From Balanoglossus misakiensis (lineage: Eukaryota > Animalia > Hemichordata), in contig CM082592.2 in the NCBI GenBank assembly GCA_040954595.2, positions 7,985,677 through 8,049,676 of the forward strand: 64,000 bases of DNA. Direction: 5' to 3'. Made by a program: the position numbers and the translations under genes. Shown piece by piece: positions 54,001-64,000 of the stretch. The notes below the pieces were generated by a model. The model made no database searches. It was not told the origin of the DNA and saw nothing but the letters and a program-made list of their open reading frames with translations. Position 1 is the stretch's first letter; each line of letters opens with the position of its first letter.

Positions 54001-57000
54001 TAGGCCGGTGTTTGACAGCAATCTGAGCCTCGTTAAACCTTAGCAGTATAGATTGCATGTATTGAGCACAATGGTGTCGCACCATAGAGCAATGCTGCGT
54101 TAAAATATCGCGTCACCGGAGAAAATAGTCCTGCAGATAATTAGTTTCAACCAACACGTCTTTTTTTAAACAAATGAGTCCATAGCTAACACAAATAATC
54201 GAATTGCCTGTGTCATTCCAGTGGGCAATATTACCCCGCCAAACGCTTTGTGCTTCCAAATTAATAACATTCAGCGGCAACTGGCAACGCACGTAACCTG
54301 TAATGGCACCAAATAAGCGATGCCGGCCGAATCTTGTAGGATGTCGCGCGGCGCTGTTGTTATGACAACCGAAATGAAGGATGAGTTTGCGTGATTTTCA
54401 ATGAAGATAAATGTGAATAAAGGATCGCCCATTGTGTGGAGATGTTTCATTGAGTTGTAAATTGGAATATTATAGACTAGATATTTGGGTTTGTCTTCTG
54501 CGCGCTGTTCGTCTGTTTGCTCTTTCAATCTTGGGGAATTTTGGCGAGTTCTTTCACAGTTGAGCTCAATCCGTCACAATTCCCGTTGACTGTCAAACTG
54601 GCGTTAAACCTCCCTTGATCTTTCCATCGACGGGCATTTCAAAATATTCAATTTGCCGGCGAGAAGAAGAGGGCTTAAGAGCGACAGTGTGCGTTGGAGG
54701 GAAAATGAAGTGGGGATTTTTGTTTTTTGTTCAGAAGGGACTGTTGTGTTTGGCGTTCCCGCAAATAAAGTTTAACAGTTCCCCGCGGATTGTGTCGGGT
54801 GTCTGAGATTGACCAGCTCAAAGAACCCATCACTATTTCCCCTTTATCCCGGGTCTCTATTGACGGGGGGTTTCAGCCGAAGCCGAAAGCAATAGAAACG
54901 ACTTTTAACAGACATGCGAAAGACAACCGAAAATGAATAGCGGTTTAAATCCCGAAATTTTCATTACATCGTCAAACGCTTGGCTTCTCCTCTCAAGTCT
55001 CCGACAAATTCGTTATTAATTGCGAAGGTTATCGGCGTCCTCGCAGCACCGACGTGTGGAGGGTCGCTGGAAGGTCGCGTTCCCATTTAAGAATCAGAGA
55101 AGAAATTGTCGCGAATTTGTGACCCGAAAGAATCACAGACGCAGCGAGCGATACTCGGCATGTGTAGCTTGCAATGGCCTGGTGATGCTTTGCATATTTC
55201 AACTGAAGCGTCTGGCGACAGTCAGTCGTTCCCACAGATTAAGTCGCGAGACAATTTTAATTTTCATTTCAACATCGCGGCGGTTAAAATCCGTACCTTT
55301 TCGCCTCTTACACTCAGAACGCTGTCCTCACGTACAGGGTTCTGCCTGGTCGCGATCGTGCTAAATTTTCGACGAATCTGAAAAATTGAAACTCGCAACT
55401 TTTCCGCTAATTTCAACGTAATTTGAGCGTGAATTCCGTAGCTTAGCGTTCGCACGTAAAATAGGTTAGAAATAAAATTACCTCAGATAGTAGATTTATT
55501 TTATCGCCACAGTGGTTGTTAAAGTTTTCATCAGGGTTGCGCTGTTGTCGTCTCTTCATATGATAAAAACGCTTACGTTTAGACAAAATACCTATTACTA
55601 AAAAAATTAATAATACCCACATGCACAAAATAAATTTAACGCGCGAAATGTGTTTTAATTGTATGTAAACAAGAGAGAGATTGGCAATACAAGGGGGCCG
55701 GCGTGGTGCTTGGCGGCAGAAACACAAAACTATCGTTTTGACTAAATTTTCGCCTGTTCTTCCACATGGAAGGAGGCGGCCATCTTAGTTCGCCGTTTGT
55801 TACAAAGAGCCGGGTCTTGGCGGCACTTTGTCGCGCTTCCAAACACGCAATATCACTTGGCGTGAAATTTCGTTATCTCGCAATTATGCCGTATGCATAG
55901 AGGGAGTGGAAAAATAAACAGAAAATTGTCATTTCATGGCTGGGTTTCTTTTTCATTAAGGGGACGAATCGTCGCTGATGGGATATACAGTATGTACAGA
56001 CGGAGGGAGCGATGGACACGGGTTCAATTCACAAGCTGGCGGCGACGAGACACGGCAAACGCCGAAAAAAAATCAAAATGGCGGAGGTGCGGGGGGGGGG
56101 GCACCTTGCCATGTTTATTTTTACAGTATGCAAGTTGGGTTTGTTTCCCCGGTAGCCGATTAAAACTATTCAAACTGGCTGGGACGACTTTTCCGCTAAA
56201 TTAGCTGTCTACACATCCCTTCAGCTCGAAAACTGACAGTGGTGAACAATGCACCGTTTAGCATATTACATGCAGAATTTACATTTTTGCAATTAACGCA
56301 AAATTAATCGGTCATTACAAACCCAATAATCCCCCAAAAGGCAAACGCGACACCATCAAACCGTGCTAGACTAATTTACACGGATGCAGACAAGATATAA
56401 CGCAGTGTTATTCAAATTTTACGTCCCCTTTTCACCACAACTTTCTTTTAGTTGCCAGGGCAACGTGATTGCATGCATACCTTGCGTTCGCGGTATCCAC
56501 AATTCACGTTAAGGTGACCTTTTTTTTCGGGAGAATCAGAGTCGGTAACGCGAGATTTAACACATTTTTTTTACCACGAATCAACGCTACAGCCCCGGTG
56601 CGTAGGAGATCATTGCGCGCCGCATTTATCAACGCGGAAAGATTCGCTGAAACCTATCTAGCTCTCTTTAGACTCTTGTTTGTTTTTCCAATTTATATTT
56701 TCCCCGATACCTCGTGATATATGACAAGGCAACTTACGGGGCACGTTTGATAACGATTGACGAGCGAGACATGATTGAACGCCGTTGCATACATGGAAAT
56801 GCAGGACGGAAATATCTAGAGGCGGGCTTCCATTCTTTATATATGTATATATGAGATAGTTTTGACCGTGACTAATCGGGAGATTCGCGTATGCCAATCA
56901 AACGAGTACATTCCAACTCGCGTCGCCCAGTCGACGTCCGTCCCGGCAAGATTACATTTGTATGATTATGCCATCATAATAATATTTGCAGTAATAATAA

Positions 57001-59154
57001 AATGCTCAAAGATCACATGAATAATTGAAGAACCAGCCTCCCCGGTTCAAGAGCGGGCAAAAGTCGACGATTTAACTAAAAAGGGGTTATACGGCAAACC
57101 CTCGGAGTTATTCGGTGGGGATGATATAATATCGGTCTGTTGTCGTGCTCCTGAATTTGTTCAAGATTTAAATATAACAGATAACTCTCACACTCAGGGC
57201 AGCGAGCTGGTCGAGGCGTTGAAGATACGTATATACCCTCTATGTCTGGCAGCAAAATCCGCCGCGCTTGGATGAACGCACAAGGGCCCATATTACCTGA
57301 AAGAACTACATATAACCTCTTTTTACCATTCACACTTTTCCTCCAAACCGATCTTGTAAGCGTCTCTATTGCCTTTCACTGATTAAACAAAGCCCCTGTC
57401 TGAGCCCTCTTTCAAGTGTATAGCGGAGGGGGAAAATCCGCGGAACGGACGCATACAAATTTTTTTTACGATGAAAAATCCGCCGTCAACAGAACAAGCC
57501 TTCGGTCACCTACAACAATAAAATGGTGTCCATTATAGAGGAAGAACAATATGCGCGGGTACTTGATTTATTGGTAGTCATTTAGAAACCGCGCGATGTT
57601 CATTGTAAACTCCTATCTCGCTACACAAAGCAGTTACAGTGAACGGCGGCATTTATTACCGTCCAAACAATAGACGGTGGCGATTACCAAGCTAGCAATA
57701 GTAAAATTGGCACCTCCGTGTCTGTTACACTGAATTCACCGCCCGAGGCTACCATCAACAACTAGCTTCTGCACAATACTAAATTTTTATTGAAATTTTC
57801 CCAATTCAAACTCGCCGTGTTTTCGCTAAAACAATTTCCACCGTGTTGTAAAAACCACCAGCGTTGGCGAGACGGGCGATATTTCCGCTACAGCGCGCGC
57901 CTGAAATGCGCGGGGAAAAACAAGTTTTCTTCGCTTGACTAATGAGCCCGCCGACAAACAGACTGAAAGGTGACAACTTTCACATGGTTTGCGAGAGGTC
58001 GTAAACGGTTATTTGAATATAAAGAGCGGTTTCACACCTTATCCCCGATGCCTGCCTATTGTCATTGCTTTTTAACAGCTGGTCATCGACTGGTTTTCAT
58101 TCGCTGCCCCAATGAATGGGTCTTCCTCAAGACATTTCAAAAACTTCTCTTTACAGCCTCTCCGCGCTGTTTATCTGTCGGGAGAATGGAGGGTCAAATA
58201 AACCTAGGTGCCGACTTTACAATGAGGTGGTACACTACCAACGCGGCTCCCGTATAACAACAAAAAATAACCGTTAGAAAGATGAACTGTGATGCATGCG
58301 GGTATTACACTTCGTGTTTGTTTTCGACAGAGGTTGGGTGGAGACGAGGAGGATGTAGGGGGCGGGACGGCGCCTGTCCCCCGGGCGACAATATGTGCAC
58401 GAATACAGATTTCCAGATTCGCTTCACTATTTTATAATTAAGTCGTGGCTTATGGCTAATTGTTGTCATTGGGGTGTATCATTATGTGAGCGCCATCTTA
58501 ATGACTACATTTCGTATCTCGCAGCGAATTGAACCCCCGCGTTCAGTTTTTTTTTCTCTCTCGCGCGCGCGCGGTGATTAGAATCATGATACCGTATCGA
58601 TATCTGCGTTTGCATGACAAACAATGGCGGACACAGAACCCCGCGATTTAAGAGCTATAGACATAACTCAATTTTTTCATCCGTAATGAATCACCGTATA
58701 GGTGTTCGCTCCCCGCCATACACACTCCGAGATAAACGACATCGTCCTCGCGCCGCCATAAATATCACAAAACCTGTCAGAAACCTCGACCGTCGCGGGA
58801 GCCAGGGCAACGGCTCAGCTCGCGCGGTCGTTTGCAATTTTCGCGTGAGATCTTGTCACCGTTGCACGGAATTCTGGTTAAACTGTGAAATTCACTTCAG
58901 GGTGTTTTTTTTCTTCTCTCAGGGGCGGCGTTTGAAACACGATTCGCAAAATGTGAAACACACGGTATCGGCGACAAGCCTGTTAAAGATGAACCTCACA
59001 TAAAGGAATTCTTCTTGGCAAATTATATATTCATAATAATAATCTGGTCGTAACTGGAATTGTCATGTCATCTCTTTCACCCCTCCAAATTTCTATATTT
59101 CCAGTGGTACATACTAACATAATCTATATATGACAAAAATACCATAAATGGACA

Positions 59155-59212
59155 CCGTGTATCTATATATGGCGATTTGGTAAAAGCAAAATTGCCATAT
59201 ATGGATATGCGG
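59155..59212 (+). other. 24-bp stem-loop (pre-miRNA-like or MITE-derived)
   Basis: ccgtgtatctatatatggcgattt, 10-nt loop, aaattgccatatatggatatgcgg: 20 Watson-Crick pairs and 4 G-U pairs. Confidence 0.6.
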
Positions 59213-60635
59213 AATGTATTTTGCCTAACAATCTTCTTCAGTCGTATTAAAATACCTATCAAGTGTTTGCTTTGGTCATGTTAGTTTTTAAACAGTTATT
59301 GCTCCCGTTACGCACAAGTTGTATTTGAGAAGTGTTATACACACCTAATACGGTGTCGCCATGGTGACGACGGCACTTGAAACACCGCCCAACAAAAAAA
59401 CAATGTTTCTATTTCACAGTCTTTTGAAAAGTGTTTGCCACAGTACTCAGTGTATGCTTGTTTGCTCTTTTTTCTGTTAACTATCCGATATATTTGTATT
59501 TTCCTTTTGCGGTGCCCACCGAAACCAAAAATACGCAGCATTTGCTATGCAGGATTTTTTTCGCAGCCAGTGTGTAGGCATTTGAAATTCCATCACATTT
59601 CATCACCGCGTGTATCCACGTATCAATATTCGCCAATACAGCAATATTACACACACACGCGTGTTTGTCTAAAATGTTATATCATAACTAGATCAGTCAT
59701 TCTATCCTATTTGAAACAGAGCCTAGCGCCTGCTCGTCACGAGACTATCATCTGACTGTCACAGAAAACAGACGTCGAAAAGAGTGTACCAGCAAGTACG
59801 AAAAAATGGCATAGGCGGAGGCCGACCTTTGTCACAGCGACTGCTATATTTAGTGTTTACAGTTTCAATATTTAAATTCCGCTCAAATTTATCACTTCAT
59901 ATGCTTATATGATTGTGCGCAAATACGGCAATATTTGCAGGATCGTATATTGGAAAACGTCGCCAATCGGGGCCATCATTTTGCAATCTGGACGGTCTTT
60001 CACAGTTTACGGCCAACAATGCCGGATTTCGCGCGCTTTGCAGACGTCGAATTGGTCTGGCGCGCTCTTAGCATGTGGTGTGCAGAGTTTTAATACAATT
60101 ATGAATGTAATATCTGGGTTTTAGGAGTTGGCAAACTGGGCATAAATTTCACTCTAATCTAAATCGCGCCGCACGTGTTTTGCTTTACGCGTTTTCTCGT
60201 AAAGTTTACGCTGCTCAGTTTAGGGGTGACATCATAATGCTTCTTATCGAGCAAACACGAAGCTTCAACTCACAACTCCATATTTCACTCGATTCTAAAT
60301 GTGCCACTTTTTAGCGCCGAATATTTTCAACTCTTTCTAAAGCCGCTTTCTAAATTATTTTCCTTGAACACCAGATGTATATTAGATTGTATACTACTAC
60401 AAATAACTTTAGACTTAAATTTAGTGTTCGGCAGCCATTTATTAACAGAAAACGCGCCAACGCCATGTTTAGAATGTACCAGACCCGATGAAGACGCCTA
60501 GACTTACTGCCTGGCGGACGCGCTAAAAATGGCGCCTACAGTGGATAATTCAGCTCAGAAAGAGACTTTAAAAACAAGTACACAATCCACACTCTTGCCG
60601 TGGGCGGAAGCAAAGTCTAGAACAATTCGATACCA

Positions 60636-60664
60636 AAACAAACAAACAAACAAACAAACAAACA
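60636..60664. repeat. (AAAC)n microsatellite
   Basis: About 7 units, read directly. Confidence 0.9.
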
Positions 60665-63600
60665 GAGCAAACAACAGCAAGACCGTGACTAAAAACACGC
60701 CTTGAGCAAAACCCATATGTTCAAGAAAACGTCTAGGGACCGAAATATTCTTTTTTAGTGACCGCCATCTTTAAAGATATGCCGATCACGCCTCGCAGTC
60801 CCCAGTCAATCGATATTCCATGAGCAAAAGATCTACACTGACTGCAAGTCAAATTAGTTACAGGTTATAATCTGCCTGATAAAAATTTCCTTGTTGCATA
60901 TATTATTAAAGAATGCTTTTACAATCAGCGGATGTTTCATTTGTGCGACGTAAAACGGAGAGACGAAAGAGAAAATATTACCTGTGAATGATTCGGAAGG
61001 GTTATTGAAATTCATGGCTATGTCTCCAAAGCTTTCATTTGATAAAACTACTTCGTGCGGTGTGTCTTACTGGAGGTTTCGAGCAATTCAGGCGGTGCTT
61101 GAACTTATAGTATTCTTGGATATAAGTCAAAATACATGTAAATAACTATTCTGTTATATGATGACGTCCATTTGATAAAAAGTCTGTTAAGAAAGCGTGG
61201 TTATGATAGAAGCAAACGCGCTACTAAGTAATTAATGGTGTTTGTATCTGAAAGCTCTTGCATATTTAAAAGCGTCCATTTTCTTGATGTAATTAGTCAT
61301 AATATAAGATAAAGAAGGCAGCTATGAAACATTAAAGTCTTTAAGAGAAAGATAAAACAGAAACGTGGTGTGTGTTCTAAGGAAATCATGAACGACGAGA
61401 AGGATATTCGACAAAATGTGTCGGAATATGTTGAAAAGGGAATTTGATAGATGGATAAATTTTGTCAGAGTCGAGAATTACGAGATGCTGATCTTCAAAA
61501 AAAGTACACATGTAGCCCACAGGAGAACACGAGTCTGTTATGTATTCAAGTGACTCTAGCTTTTCTATAGGCCCGGCGGGAAAACCATCGGCTCAGAAGT
61601 TACAACGAAAAAGTGGTAATTTAGTCTTATCGCCCACAGTATGCATCGAGATGGGTCATTGAAATTGTGAGCGTTCTTCAAAGATGCATAACTCACAGTC
61701 AAACGGAGAGGTGATGTGAACATTTAGTGTTTCTGGCGTTGGACGGCACCCGGCCATCACGTGATCTGGAACACGACAAGCTATGTCAAGATTCTGCCGA
61801 CAGGTGATTGAATAGTTTCCAGTGAAGATGCATATGCATTATGCATGAGCACCTGTCACGGTTGATGCGTACATGTGACATTGACGCAAAGCTTATATAA
61901 CTAATACTACAGTGTATGTTTTGCTTGATATCGTAAATCAATCATCTGCTCTTGGAGAAATTTTAGAATCAAGAATTGTCCAGATTTTGAGGCTTGTAGG
62001 AAGAAGAATTTGGCAGACATGACACTCATCATGTAAGTTTGAAGCTTGTGTTATTGACATTGAGTTTAATCAACTAAATAAGTTTTATATTGCCTGTGTC
62101 ATACTTCATTTTCTTTCTCCGTGATCGCATAAACGAGTTTTACTTTTCAATTTAAAATCCGCTCCCCAGACCCGTTCTCCAGTGACTTGTTCGCATCAAA
62201 CGTCAAGTAAATAGAGAGATTGGGAGAGGGGGGGGGGCAGAGGGAGACAGAGTGCATATACCAACGTGAACATATTGATTATATCATAGACAGTAGAGGG
62301 GGTGAGGGAGTGACCCACTGTTTCTCGGACACCTTGTCAATAGCAATCCAGCATTTGCCACGCAATCCAATCAATTTTACGGCCCCGCTGACGATGAAAC
62401 CGTTACAGCTCTGGTATAAGCGCTTGTTAACTATTCGAATATAATAGCTTTTTATTGGTAAAAACATAAATGTGCATTAACGTATTAGAGCGGCCTTCGC
62501 GCCTAGCAAAAAAACCCGTACTTTTCCATTTCTGTTTTCTAGCTTACTCCTGTTAGGAGAAGAATAGTATGATCAAAAAGGATTATTATAATCATAATCA
62601 TAAAATTGATCTTGATAAAGTTTCTTTATTCGACAGTTTTTTTTATTTGCGCTTGTTGACCTTAGTCATCTATTGCCGCCCATCGACTGTAGAGAAGGTT
62701 TTGGGAAACGATGCATGCCGAAGTACTTTATTCGTATTTAATGGTCTTATGACACTCGGGTACAATTTCAGGATAAGGTAATATCGATTTAGTTTAAGTA
62801 AATGATAAAAAAGTTGCATGGCCGAGTTGAATACAGATCATAATGTATCGTCATGCCTGATTGGCTTGTTGGAGAACAGATAACGATGTTCTACAAACTT
62901 ATCTCTCTATCTGCATTTATTTTCCCGCCATAACTCGTCCGATTCGCTCGTTGGTTTTGCCCCAAATTTACGGTGATATGGCGCTCAAATTGGGCACCCG
63001 GGTCTAAGGCGAATGCCCTTCTTGTCGTCGGCGCCGAATAGCCCGTTTTGTCTGTTTCATGTAGCAGTTTACAAATCGCGACGGCGGGAAATGACTGTCG
63101 TTTGACACATTTGGTCGTGTATGTCAACAATGGTCACTATGCAAAACGCGCAACTGGGGACACCCTGACATTCGAAGAGTACCGTACTGTGTTCGCAGAA
63201 TCGAGCAACCCCAATGAAAGTAAACAATTCTCCCCGTATCGACACATAAAAAATCACGTGATGCACAAATCTGAGGATGGTGGAAATCCAATATTTGATA
63301 TCGTGTTAAATAGAAAAAATTAATGTGGTCATAAAAATGGCGAAATTACCCCATGTCGCACGAAACTGTTATCTTTGGAACAGCTTGCATGAAGCTCTAT
63401 ATTGTGGCATGCGGGTTCTTGTTTACCTCATAGCGTTCGGTTTTTGTCAAAAACCAAACAAAAGAGAAGCCTGATATTTTCTTTTTCGGTGGTTGCACAC
63501 CATTGTTTTGCGGATATTGTGGAAATCAAAGTAGGGCAAGTCCTGGAGTGAAATGAACACTGTTGTTCAACTCAAAAGGTGAAATTGACACTCCCAATTA

Positions 63601-64000
63601 GCAAGCTGTGAAAATCCACGTCTATTTTTCACTCATTTAAGAGCGTTTCCCGTTGGCGCAATTTGACAACACCATGACGATAAATCCGCGCCCATCGCCT
63701 TTGTGTCGACTTTATTTTAGAAAACTGCCGAATTAGCAAGTTTAAACTTCATTAATAACCACATGATTATCTGTGATGAAGTATTGTTTTCCAGTAGGCG
63801 TCATGAATGTTTGTCTAATTAGTCGCATTTATCTGTTACTCGTGTAGATTTTTTTTTCGCCTAATGAAGCAGGGTGCGGAAAATAACAGCTGGGCTTCTG
63901 AGGGCCGCTGCCATGCAGAAACGGACGCGACGCATCTCAGACAAAAACAAGGGAGGTGACGAGTGGACGAAAATATCCTGAGCGGTGGCGTATAAAGTGT

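Noticed and set aside
1-64000. CRISPR arrays, rRNA/tRNA genes, prokaryotic operons or defence systems
   Set aside because: No regularly spaced repeat-spacer array, no RNA-gene signature and no dense ORF packing; the DNA is intron-containing metazoan sequence.

Overview
Eukaryotic (metazoan) genomic DNA with spliceosomal introns, microsatellites and no obvious CpG depletion. It is most consistent with an invertebrate, possibly a non-vertebrate deuterostome; the taxon is inference only. The one well-supported gene is a complete six-coding-exon T-box gene of the Tbx2/3 (omb) subfamily on the minus strand: CDS join 39828-39464, 38320-38053, 35128-34982, 31751-31675, 30818-30637, 30064-28935, giving 2169 nt and 722 aa. 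All introns are GT-AG and the phases are consistent. The gene has a probable ~1.7 kb 3'UTR and sits alone in a gene desert of at least 24 kb upstream and 27 kb downstream. The flanks contain a decayed Crypton-like (tyrosine-recombinase) transposon relic with nested inverted repeats, a possible Kolobok-type non-autonomous element, a pre-miRNA-like hairpin, simple repeats and several candidate cis-regulatory clusters. Almost all other listed ORFs look like chance ORFs. I cannot support a wholly new biological system from sequence alone; the best leads are listed under findings.
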